Assembly: GCA_963842525.1 (NCBI GenBank)
Contig: CAWJGT010000009.1
Span: 96,001-160,000, forward strand
DNA from: an uncultured Holophagales bacterium
GTDB lineage: Bacteria > Acidobacteriota > Thermoanaerobaculia > Multivoradales > UBA5704
Length of the DNA: 64,000 nt
Direction: 5' to 3'
The stretch's first letter is position 1. Every line of letters starts with the position of its first letter. Positions 18,459 through 28,266 of this stretch are shown piece after piece. A model generated the notes under the pieces. It was not told the DNA's origin. It saw only the letters and a list, made by a program, of their open reading frames with translations, and did not search any database. The translations under genes were made by a program, and so were the position numbers.

Positions 18459-18763
18459 GGCTGGTCGGCACCTGGGGGCTGCGCCGGGGCGAGCGTGTGG
18501 GTGCGGTAGATGAACCAGAGATTCCGGCTGTAGATGAACAGGCCCGGAATCTGCCCGATGATGATGACGGAGTCGCGCCGGTGGATGCCGTAGGTGAGCA
18601 GCACCACGCTCCCCGCCAGGCTGAAGAACCAGAAAGCCGTGGGGATCACACTGGTCTTCCGCCGCTCGGAGGCGATCCACTGGACGAAGAAGCGGGCGAA
18701 GAAGAAGGACTGGCCGAAGAGACCGATGGCGGTCCAGAGGTTCCAGACGAATTTGTATTCCAA
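18455..18763 (-). CDS. Lipid A biosynthesis N-terminal (LAB_N) domain protein
   Basis: GQSFFFARFFVQWIASERRKTSVIPTAFWFFSL. Confidence 0.85.
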   Translation of the reverse strand: MEYKFVWNLWTAIGLFGQSFFFARFFVQWIASERRKTSVIPTAFWFFSLAGSVVLLTYGIHRRDSVIIIGQIPGLFIYSRNLWFIYRTHTLAPAQPPGADQP

Positions 18764-19494
18764 GCGTCGATCTCCTCGGAGAGGTTCCGGTCGACCCAGC
18801 GTTTCTGGAGCCAGCGGACGCCGAAGAGGTCGGCGAGGCCGCGCCAGAGGCGGTTGTTGATTCCATACTTGGGCTGCCCGTGCAGCCGCGGCCGGTGGTG
18901 GACCGGCACCTCGGTCACCCGCGCGCCCTCCATCCGGAGGAGCGTCGGCAGGAAGCGGTGCATCCCGTTGAACACCGGGATCCGCCGCAGGTACTCGGCG
19001 CGGTAGGCCCGGAGGGTACAGCCGACATCGGTCACCGACTCGTGGGTGACCCGGTTGCGGACGCTGTTGGCCAGCCGGGATGAGACCCGCCGCACCCAAC
19101 TGTCCTGGCGGCGGGTCCGCACGCCCGAGACCACGTCGTGCTCGTCCATCCGCTCGAGGAGGCGGGGGATGTCCGCCGGGTCGTTCTGGAGGTCGGCGTC
19201 GAGGGTCACCACGACGGGACCGCGGGCGTGCCGGAACCCCGCATCCAACGCCGCCGACTGGCCGCTGTTGTGCCGCTGGCGCAGCACGTGCACGCGTGGA
19301 TCGTCCCGGGCCAGGCCGCGCAGGACCTCGGGGCTCCCGTCGGTGCTGCCGTCGTCGACGTAGAGGACCTCGTAGGGCCGGCCGACGGCCTCCATGGCCT
19401 GGCGGATCTCGCGGTCGAGGACCGGCAGGTTCTCCTCCTCGTTGTAAACGGGGATCACGAGGGAGACCTCCGGGGCTGGAGGCGGGGCGGGCAT
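18646..19494 (-). CDS. GT2 polyprenol-phosphate glycosyltransferase (ArnC/DPM-like)
   Basis: VIPVYNEE, VDDGSTD, DADLQNDP, GMHRFLP. Confidence 0.9.
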   Translation of the reverse strand: MPAPPPAPEVSLVIPVYNEEENLPVLDREIRQAMEAVGRPYEVLYVDDGSTDGSPEVLRGLARDDPRVHVLRQRHNSGQSAALDAGFRHARGPVVVTLDADLQNDPADIPRLLERMDEHDVVSGVRTRRQDSWVRRVSSRLANSVRNRVTHESVTDVGCTLRAYRAEYLRRIPVFNGMHRFLPTLLRMEGARVTEVPVHHRPRLHGQPKYGINNRLWRGLADLFGVRWLQKRWVDRNLSEEIDAWNTNSSGTSGPPSVSSASPSSSPASSSSGSPPSGGRPV

Positions 19495-19665
19495 ACGCGG
19501 TATCTTAATCGAGGGGAGAGCGGGAGGAGGCGCGGCCCGCGTTGCCCTCGAGCGATCTGCTACAGCGCCCAGGTTTGTCCCCGGACCGGACAGCCTGGGG
19601 AGACCCACATCCGAAAGGGATTTTGCTTCGTACTCAAGCGATGAGCCCGATGGGGAGGAAGAGCT

Positions 19666-20199
19666 GTGAGAGATTGTGCTTCCTGCGGATTCATTCTTGT
19701 GCTGTTGCTGTTGCCCGTTTCGGCGGCCGCTGAGTCGCAGTATCGCCTCGGCCCGCCCCAGGAGGTGGTCGCCAGCTCGGGTGTGTTCGAGACCCTGAAG
19801 GACGCCGACACCTTCGAGATCGGCGCCGAGGTCCGCTACGCCCCTCGCCGCTTCCCGTGGCTGCCTCGTTTCGTACCCGACCTGATCCCGGTCGCAGGAA
19901 CGATGGCCGGCTCCCGGGGCATCCTCTACGCCTATGGCGGGCTCCGGATCGAGCTGCCGCTGGCAGACCGCTGGGGGATCAGCTCCGGCTCGGCACTCGG
20001 CCTCTACGAGCCGGCGCACGGCAAGAACCTGGGCGGCCCGCTGGAGTTCCGCTCCCACATCGAGCTGTCCTACCGGATGCGCGACGGCTCGCGCGTGGGG
20101 CTCTGCCTCTACCACCTCTCGAACGGCGGTCTTCACGACGGCAATCCGGGCACCGAGTCCCTGGTGCTCAATTACAGCGCGCCCCTGCGCCGACGCTAA
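19666..20199 (+). CDS. PagL-like/acyloxyacyl hydrolase outer-membrane protein
   Basis: Signal peptide; LEFRSHIEL..YHLSNGGL..NPG motif. Confidence 0.75.
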   Translation: MRDCASCGFILVLLLLPVSAAAESQYRLGPPQEVVASSGVFETLKDADTFEIGAEVRYAPRRFPWLPRFVPDLIPVAGTMAGSRGILYAYGGLRIELPLADRWGISSGSALGLYEPAHGKNLGGPLEFRSHIELSYRMRDGSRVGLCLYHLSNGGLHDGNPGTESLVLNYSAPLRRR

Positions 20200-20269
20200 A
20201 AAACGTCCAAAACATTGAATTCCGTGCATCGGTCGGGTATCATGCGGCTTCCAGGAGGAGGAGCGTCGC

Positions 20270-20905
20270 ATGACTGAGCACGCCGAGGCCGCGAGAGGCC
20301 TCCGAGAGATCGCCTGTGGCAAGACGTTTAGCTGGATCGCCCGGCGCCGGGGTCTGCTGGCCTCCCTGCTGGGAGCCATCGCCATCGCCAATGCCCTGTG
20401 GGGCAACGCCCAGCCCCTCGACCTCCTCGGAGAGGGCCGCTCTCCCTTGACGCCCTGGATCCTGGCGCTGGTGTTTCTCGGCGTGTTCATCCGCGTCTGG
20501 GGAGCGGGCAACCTCAACAAGAGGGCCGAGGTGACCCGGACGGGCATCTACCGCATGGTGCGGCATCCGCTCTACCTCGGGAACAACCTGGTCTTCCTGG
20601 CCTGTTTCCTTGCTCTCGGCGCCCCGGTCCTCAATCTCTCCCTGTTCGTCCTGCTCGTGCTCCTCGTGCACTATCCGGTGATGCTCCAGGAGGAGCAGCG
20701 CCTGGCGCGGGACTACCCCGCGGCTTTCGCCGACCACGAAGCGGTGCCGCGGCTGCTGCCCGACCTGCGCGCCCTCCCGGCGGCGGTGAAGAGCGACTGT
20801 TTCTCGTTGCGCCGCGCCCTGCACAACCGTGCGGCCATCAGCCTCTGGGCCTTCGCCCTGCCGTTCGCCATGGAGGGGTTGATCCTGCTCCGCGGGATGG
20901 TGTGA
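20270..20905 (+). CDS. Isoprenylcysteine carboxyl/PEMT-family methyltransferase
   Basis: GIYRMVRHPLYLGN, EEQRL. Confidence 0.8.
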   Translation: MTEHAEAARGLREIACGKTFSWIARRRGLLASLLGAIAIANALWGNAQPLDLLGEGRSPLTPWILALVFLGVFIRVWGAGNLNKRAEVTRTGIYRMVRHPLYLGNNLVFLACFLALGAPVLNLSLFVLLVLLVHYPVMLQEEQRLARDYPAAFADHEAVPRLLPDLRALPAAVKSDCFSLRRALHNRAAISLWAFALPFAMEGLILLRGMV

Positions 20906-20969
20906 GCGGCGCGGGCTCCCTCTTTCCCGGGAGAGGGATAGGATCGATCAATATGCTATCCTCCAGGTC

Positions 20970-21221
20970 ATGGCGGTCGATCCGGAGCTGTTGGAGATCC
21001 TCGTCTGTCCGCAGACCAAGGGTGAGCTGGAGCTGATCGAGCTGCCGGCGGAGGTCCGCGCCACACTGGTCGAGAGGTACCGGGAGCACTTCCGGGACGA
21101 GGAGCCGGTGGTGGAGCAGGGCCTCTATTGCTCCGCCTCCGGGCTCGTCTATCCGATTGTCTCGGACATCCCGATCATGCTGATCGAAGAAGCGCTCCCC
21201 GCCTCCGCCGTCGGGCGGTAG
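20970..21221 (+). CDS. Trm112/YcaR family protein
   Basis: LLEILVCP..KGEL..YPI..DIPIMLIEEA. Confidence 0.85.
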   Translation: MAVDPELLEILVCPQTKGELELIELPAEVRATLVERYREHFRDEEPVVEQGLYCSASGLVYPIVSDIPIMLIEEALPASAVGR

Positions 21222-21236
21222 CCTCAGGCGTGCCCC

Positions 21237-22472
21237 GTGCCGGCGGACCTCCGGCTTTCCGCGCCGACCTGCGAGGCTCCGGTCCTCCCGGCGGAGCCGG
21301 TGCGCCGCCCCTCCTGGCTGGTGCGGGCGGGCTCCTGGCTCTTCCAGGGGCATATCCTCGCCGTCTTCAGCATCGCCCTCTGCAGCATCCTGCTCGGGCT
21401 GGCCGTGCTCGCCGCCCCGTGGACCGTGCGCGTCCGCCGGGTGCGCTGGGCGGCGGCGGCTCCGGTCACGGTGCCGCTCGGGGTCTATGCCCTGACGCTG
21501 GTCGCCTCGATCCTCGCCTCTTTCGATCCGCTCACCAGCCTGAACGGCCTGCGCGAGCTCTTCACCCTCACCGCCCTTCCCCTCGCGTTCCTCTTCGTGC
21601 GCGGCGAGCGCGTCGTGCGCCGCATGGTCGACGGGCTGGTGCTCGTCGGGGCGCTTCTGGCCGGCACCGGGCTCGCGCAGTACCTGATTGGCTACGGCGA
21701 CATCGAACGCCGCATCCGCGGCCCCTTCTCGCACTACATGACCTTTTCGGGGTTCCTGCTGATCTGCGATCTCCTGCTGCTCGCGGCGCTGATGTTCAGC
21801 CCGCGGCGGCGGCGGAGCCTGTGGCGCTGGGCGGCGCTGCTGCTCATCAACGTCGCCCTGCTGGGGAGCCTCACGCGCAGCGCCTGGGTGGCTCTCGCGG
21901 TGACCCTCACCCTGCTCCTGATCGCCCGCGCGCCCCGCCTCCTGTTCGCCTACGTGCCGGCGGCCTTGCTGTTCATCGTGCTCGCCCCGGTGCCGATGGT
22001 CCAGCGCATGGCCTCGATCGTCGACCTGCGGGACAACTCGAACTACGACCGGCTCTGCATGGTGAAAGCGGGCCTGGCGATGGTGGCGGAGCGCCCGCTC
22101 TTCGGCCTCGGGCCGGAGATGGTCGAGCGGCGCTATCCGATCTACCGGGAGCCCACGGCGCCGCGCTTCCAGGTCCCCCACCTCCACAACACTTTCCTGC
22201 AGCTCGCCGCCGAGCGGGGCCTGCCCGCCCTGGCCGCCTATCTCGCCCTGCTCGGCGGCAGCGCGTGGGCGGCCTGGCGGTGCTACGTGCGCGAGGGGAA
22301 GAGCCGCGGCCCGCGGGCCGATCTCTACGCCGGGACGGTCCTCGCCCTGCTCGCCTTCAGCGTGGCGGGGCTGTTCGAGAACAACTGGGGGGACACCGAG
22401 GTGCAGCGGCCGGCATTGTTCCTGCTTGCGCTTCCGTTCTGTCTGGCCGCTGGCGAGAACGAGGAGACGTAA
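21237..22472 (+). CDS. O-antigen ligase (Wzy_C) family protein
   Basis: LTRSAW, PLFGLG, HLHNTFLQLAAERG. Confidence 0.88.
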   Translation: MPADLRLSAPTCEAPVLPAEPVRRPSWLVRAGSWLFQGHILAVFSIALCSILLGLAVLAAPWTVRVRRVRWAAAAPVTVPLGVYALTLVASILASFDPLTSLNGLRELFTLTALPLAFLFVRGERVVRRMVDGLVLVGALLAGTGLAQYLIGYGDIERRIRGPFSHYMTFSGFLLICDLLLLAALMFSPRRRRSLWRWAALLLINVALLGSLTRSAWVALAVTLTLLLIARAPRLLFAYVPAALLFIVLAPVPMVQRMASIVDLRDNSNYDRLCMVKAGLAMVAERPLFGLGPEMVERRYPIYREPTAPRFQVPHLHNTFLQLAAERGLPALAAYLALLGGSAWAAWRCYVREGKSRGPRADLYAGTVLALLAFSVAGLFENNWGDTEVQRPALFLLALPFCLAAGENEET

Positions 22473-22501
22473 GATACGGCACGGAAGGGGGAACCCCGGA
22501 G

Positions 22502-23254
22502 TTGCGTCTGGATCAGCTTCTGGTCGAGCGTGGCCTGTTCCCCAGCCGTGAGCAGGCGCGGAGAGCGGTCATGGCAGGGGTGGTCGAGGTCGAGGGGCGG
22601 CGCGTGGACAAGCCCGGCACGGCGGTGCCCGGCGCGGCACGCCTGGAGGTCCTTGCGCCCAGGGAGCCCTTCGTCTCCCGCGCCGGCCGCAAGCTCGCCG
22701 CCGCGCTCGACCATTTCGGGATCGACCCCGCCGGCCGGGTCTGCCTCGACGCCGGGGCGTCCACTGGAGGGTTCACCGACTGTCTCCTTCAGAGAGGGGC
22801 CGCCCGGGTGTACGCGCTCGACGTCGGCTACGGCCAGCTCGACCATCGTCTGCGCACCGACCCGCGGGTCGTCGTCATGGAGCGGACCAACGCCCGCCAT
22901 CTCGCGTCCGACGCGCTCCCCGAGCCCTGCGGCCTGATCACCGTCGACGTCTCCTTCATCGCGCTCGCGAAAGTGGTGCCGGCGCTGCTGCCGCACCTCG
23001 CTCCCGGCGGCCTGCTGCTGCCGCTGATCAAGCCGCAGTTCGAGGCCGGCCGGGGCGCCGTGGGCAAGGGGGGCATCCTGCGCGACGAGGCCGCCCGCGA
23101 GAAGGTGGTGCGCGAGACCGCCGAGGGGCTGGCGCGGCTGGGCGCAGGTCCTGCGGGGGTGGGGCTCGAGCTCGCCGGCCTCTTCGACTCGCCCATCCAC
23201 GGCACCGGCGGCAACCGCGAGGCGTTCGCCCTCTTGCGCAAGGGAGCGGCATGA
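22502..23254 (+). CDS. tlyA: TlyA family rRNA methyltransferase
   Basis: S4 domain RLDQLLVERG, FVSRAGRKL, DAGASTGGFTD, LIKPQFE; start position approximate. Confidence 0.92.
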   Translation: MRLDQLLVERGLFPSREQARRAVMAGVVEVEGRRVDKPGTAVPGAARLEVLAPREPFVSRAGRKLAAALDHFGIDPAGRVCLDAGASTGGFTDCLLQRGAARVYALDVGYGQLDHRLRTDPRVVVMERTNARHLASDALPEPCGLITVDVSFIALAKVVPALLPHLAPGGLLLPLIKPQFEAGRGAVGKGGILRDEAAREKVVRETAEGLARLGAGPAGVGLELAGLFDSPIHGTGGNREAFALLRKGAA

Positions 23255-24168
23255 GGCGCCGGCGCAAGCTCCAGCGGATCGGCGTCGTCAGCAAGGTGGC
23301 GAGCCGCGAGGCCGTCCATACGGCTCACGAGCTGGCCGAGTGGCTGCGCCGGCGCGGCTTGGAGGCCGTGCTCGACGAAGCCACTCTGCGCGCCCGGAGC
23401 GGCAGCGGGGACGCCGCCTTCCACCCCGGCGACCCGGTCGACCTGGTGGTGGTGCTCGGCGGCGACGGCACGCTGCTGTCGGTGGCGCGGGCGGTGGGCT
23501 CCGGCGTGCCGATCCTCGGGGTCAACCTGGGCAACCTCGGCTTCCTGACCGAGATCGGCCGCGGCGAGCTGTACCCTTCGCTGGTGCAGGTGCTGGCCGG
23601 CCGCTTTCGCACCGAGGAGCGGTCGCTCTTCGACGTCGAGCTGCAGAGGAACGGCAGCGGCTCGCTCAATTTCCGGGTGCTCAACGACGCCGTGATCAAC
23701 AAGAGCGCCCTCGCCCGCATCATCGAGCTGACCCTGCGCATCGACGGCCACCTGATCTCCCGCTTCCGCGCCGACGGCCTGATCATCTCGACTCCGACCG
23801 GCTCGACCGCCTACAACCTGTCGGCCGGCGGGCCGATCCTGAGCCCCCTGCTGCCGGTCGCGGTGCTCACCCCGATCTGCCCGCACGCCCTGTCGCTGCG
23901 GCCGATCGTGGTGCCGGACACCGGTCAGATCGAAATTACGCTGGAGACCCAGCGCGAGGAGGTCTATCTGACCCTCGACGGCCAGGAGGGGACCTCGTTC
24001 GGCTACCGTGACGTGATCCGCATCACCCGCAGCCGCGACCGGGTACGCCTGGTCAAGATCAGCGGGCGCGGCTTCTTCGATCACCTGCGCGGCAAGCTCC
24101 GCTGGGGCGGCCTCGACGGCCGGCCCGACGGCGCGGGCGTACCCGAGCCCCTGGAGGAGACCCCGTGA
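23251..24168 (+). CDS. nadK: NAD(+) kinase
   Basis: LGGDGT, VNLGNLGFL, LND, STPTGSTAYNLSAGGP. Confidence 0.95.
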   Translation: MRRRRKLQRIGVVSKVASREAVHTAHELAEWLRRRGLEAVLDEATLRARSGSGDAAFHPGDPVDLVVVLGGDGTLLSVARAVGSGVPILGVNLGNLGFLTEIGRGELYPSLVQVLAGRFRTEERSLFDVELQRNGSGSLNFRVLNDAVINKSALARIIELTLRIDGHLISRFRADGLIISTPTGSTAYNLSAGGPILSPLLPVAVLTPICPHALSLRPIVVPDTGQIEITLETQREEVYLTLDGQEGTSFGYRDVIRITRSRDRVRLVKISGRGFFDHLRGKLRWGGLDGRPDGAGVPEPLEETP

Positions 24169-27100
24169 GCGACGAGGTCGAGAACAGCGAGCCTCCGTCG
24201 GAGCCCCCGCCGCGCCGCCGGCATGGCCGCGTGCGGCGCTGGGTGGTCCGCCCCTTCATCTGGGGCCTCCTGTTCCTGGCCGTGGTGGTGGCGGCCGCCC
24301 TGCTGTTGGTCCAGAGCCGGTACGTCCGCAACCAGGCCGCCGCCCGGCTGGCCGCCGCGGTCTCCGAGAAGCTGGGACGCCAGATCCGCATCGGCGACCT
24401 CGACTACAACTTCCTGCCGCTCGAGGTCGAGGTGCGCGACGTGGTGATCCCGGGCTCGAAGCCCGGGGACCCGCCCTTCGCCTACATCCCCTACGGCCGG
24501 GTCCAGTTCTCCTGGCGCGACCTGGAGCAGCGCGTCCTGCGCCTGGAGCAGCTCGAGGCCGTCGAGCCCCAGATCTACATCCAGCTCAACCCCGACGGCA
24601 CGGACAACCTCCCGCGATGGCGGACCGAGAAACAGGGGCCGCGGCGCTTCGAGGTCCAGATCGGGCGCATCCTGCTCCAGGGCGGGACCCTGCGGATCAA
24701 TGAGCGCCGGCTGCCGCTCTCCGTCGAGGCGCGCGCGGTCTGGGGCCGCCTGATCGGTTCCGCCGAGCGGGGTGGAGAAGGCGGCGACCGGCTGGATGCC
24801 CTGGCCACCGCCCAGGACGTCAAGATCCTGCTCCCCAACGCCCTTCCCTGGCGGAGCACGGTATCGGTCAAAGCGAGCCTCGACCCGCGGCAGGGGCGGG
24901 CCCGGATCGCCGGCGCCCGCATCGCCGGCCCGGACCTCCAGACGCGGGTCGCCGGCACGATCCAATGGCGCGCTGATTCCAGGGGTCCGAGGCGGGTGGA
25001 CTTGCGGGTCGACGCCCGGGGCGCGGCCCAGCTCGCCAACCGGCTCGGCTACATGAAGGAGCCGATCGAGGGCCCGTTCACCTTCCGCGGCCGGATCGAC
25101 GTCCGCGGGAGGGAGTGGAAGTGGTCCGGCACCGCCAGCGCGCCGCGCATCGCCGTCCTCAACCGGGTGTTTCGCGGCATCGGAGCGGAGATCGAGGGCA
25201 ACCGCGAGATCGTGACCGCCGACGTCGCGGAAGCCGAATACGCGGGCGGGCAGATCGAAGGGCTGGTCGTGGTCCAGGTGTCCGACGAGGGACGGCCGGG
25301 CACGCCGGTCGACCTCGACCTGGCCCTCTCCGGCCTCTCCCTGCAGACCGTCATCCAGGACCAGTTTCCGGGCGAGCGCTTCCCGGTGGTGAGCAACCTC
25401 GACGGCCGGATCCGCGGCAATCTACGCTATGGCTTCAACACCGAGGCGGTCCTGCGCGGCAGCGGCGCCGCCGACCTGCGGGTCGAGGCCGTCCACCGGC
25501 AGAGCCGCCTTCCTCTCTCCACCGCCGCCCGCCTGCTCATCGAGGACGGCATCGTCACCAGCCCGGAGATCCGGGTCACGGCGCCGGCCCAGGAGGCGGT
25601 CGCCCGCAATTTCGACCTCGACCTGGAGCGCGCCTCCGGCGGCCTGACCTGGGAGCTGGCGAGCCGCGACCTCGGCCGCATCGCGCCGCTCCTGATGGAG
25701 GACGCCAAGCCGGGCGAGGAGCGCCCCTTCTGGCTGCCCACGGCAGGACAGGGCCGGCTGGGGGGAGAGGTGACCTTCACCCGCGACCAGTACGCGATCC
25801 GCATGGACCTCGACCTCCGCAACGCCGTCACCCCCGACCTGCGGGCCGACGTGGTCCGCGGCTCGATGCTCCTGCGGCCCGAGGCGATCGAGGATCTGCA
25901 GATCGCTCTCACGAGCGGCCCGGGAGAGATGACCGTCGCCGGCCGCGTGCCCCTCCCGCGCGAAGGGGAGACCGTGGCCCGCGAGCCCATGGCGCTCGCC
26001 GTGGACACCCGTGCATGGCCCGCCGCCAGTGTAGCCGGTTTCCTCTTCCCCGACGCTCGGGGTTGGGACCTTGGCGGCCTGGTCACCGGCCAGGTGAACG
26101 TCCAGGGCTATCCGGAGAATCTGGACGGCAAGGCCGATTTCGACGTCGCGGACCTGGCGGTGGCCGGCGCCGCGGTGGGCCGGGTGCGCGCGAGCGTGCT
26201 CTTCGACGGCCCGCGCATCCAGGTGACCCAGGCCGTCACCGAGACGCCCGCGGGCAACGTCCTGGTCCGCGGTACCTTCGTGGCCGCTCCCGCCGGCCAG
26301 GAGGGCGGGACCCTCGATTTCACCGTCGACGCGCCGGAGCTGTCGCTCGCGGCCGACCCGTTCCGACAGATCACCGGCGGCCGTCTCGAGGGCCGCACGT
26401 CGGTGGCGGCGGTCATTGGCGGTACGTTCGACCGGCCCGAGGCGACCGTGCGGGTGCTCGGCAGCGGCCTCGCCCTGGCCGGCCGGCCCCTCGGCGAGGA
26501 CGGCGGGTCGGGCACGGCCCAGGCGCTCGTCTCCTGGGACGGCCGCTCGCTGCGCGCCACCGGCTCGCTCCTCGGCCTCGTCACCTTCGACGGCGGCGGG
26601 GGAGCTCGACCTGCAGCGTGGCGCCGACCTCGCCTTCGACGTGCGCAGCGACGACCTGCAGGCCCTGGCCGGGGTCCTCGCGCCGCAGCCGCTGCCGGAG
26701 CTCCAGGGCTCGTTCCTGGGCAGCCTCGCCGTCGACGCCGACTTCCCGGCGGAGACCTGGCAGGCCGAGCTGCGGCTGGCCGACCTGCGGGTGCAGTACG
26801 AGGGGCACCGCATCGCCAGCCTCGAGCCGGTCGTCATCGATCTCCTGCCGGACCGGCTGGAGGTCCGCTCCTTTTACCTGGGGGAGCCGGAGAGCGAGAC
26901 CGAGATCTTCGTCTCCGGTTCGGTCGGGCTCGGCGAAACCATGCCGCTCAACCTGCGCATCCAGAGCACCATCTCGGCGGTCTGGGCCGAGCTCTTCGTG
27001 CCACAGATCGACATCGACGGCTACCTGGACATCCTGGCGACCGTCCGCGGCACCGCGGACGACCCGGCCCTCAACGGGCAGGGCGAGCTGCGGCAGGGCC

Positions 27101-28266
27101 GGCTGATCGTCCCCGACTTCCCGCAGATCGACCAGATCCAGGGGCTCGTCTTCCTCAACCGCGACTCGATCGAGGTCGACGGGCTGCGTGCGCGCATGGG
27201 CGGCGGCCAGCTCCAGGGCACGGGCCGGCTGGACCTGCCGCGTTCGGGCGAGCCCTTCACATATCGGCTGAACGTCATCGCCGAGGACGTCAGCGTCCGC
27301 TACCCCGAAGGCTTCCTCGCCCGCGGCGACGCCGATCTGGCCCTCGTGGCAACAGCGGCGACTCCGCAGAGCCGGGTGATCCGGGGCGAGGTACGGCTCA
27401 GCCGCCTGTTCTACCTGGAGGACTTCGAGGTCGATCCCCTTCAGCTCCTGCGCACCGGCCTGCAGCGCCAGCGCCTGGAGGTGGCCGAGACCGACGAATT
27501 CCTGGCCACCACCCAGCTCAACATCCAGATCACCGGCGAGGACGCCCTGCGCATCAACAACAACCTCGCCAACCTTCGCGGCTCCCTGGAGCAGCTCTCC
27601 GTCCGCGGCACCCTGGCCAGCCCCGTCGTCTTCGGGCAGGTGGAGCTCGAGCCGGGCGGCAAGGTGGTCTACCAGGACAACGAGTACGAGATCGAGCGCG
27701 GTCTGATCACCTTCAACAACCCGTACCGGCTGGACCCGACCTTCGACATCGTGGCGCGGACCGAGGTGCGCAACTACGACATCCTGCTCTTCCTCGAAGG
27801 GACCCTCGAGCGGATGAAGGCCCGGTTCTCCTCCGACGAGGGGCTGGCCGACCTGGAGGTGCTGGCGCTGCTCGCCACCGGCCAGGAGCTGGAGGGCCAG
27901 GGGCGGCTCCTCGCGCCCGGCGAACGGCGGGTCGAGAGCGAAATGAACCTCGGGCCGTCGAGCTTCCTGGCGGGGCAGGCGGCCTCCCTGGTCAGCCGGC
28001 GGGTCGGCACCCTCTTCGGCTTCGACCGCTTCCGCATCGACCCCCTGTCGAACACCAGCCGCGGCACCCTCGGCGGCGTCCGCCTGAGCGTCGGCAAGCG
28101 CATCTCCCGCAACCTGTTCGTCACCTACAGCGTCAATCCGGCGGCCTCCGAGGAGTACCTGGTCCGCGCCGAGTGGCAGATCGCGAACAACGTGCTCCTG
28201 GTCTTCAGCCGCGACGGCAAGGAAGACTCGTACGCCGTCGACGCCGAGTGGGAGAAGCGCTTTTGA
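24165..28266 (+). CDS. TamB/AsmA-like translocation protein; one +1 frameshift near 26600
   Basis: N-terminal TM and beta-taco repeats; continues in the 26416 frame to VGKRISRNLFVTY..EWEKRF. Confidence 0.82.
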
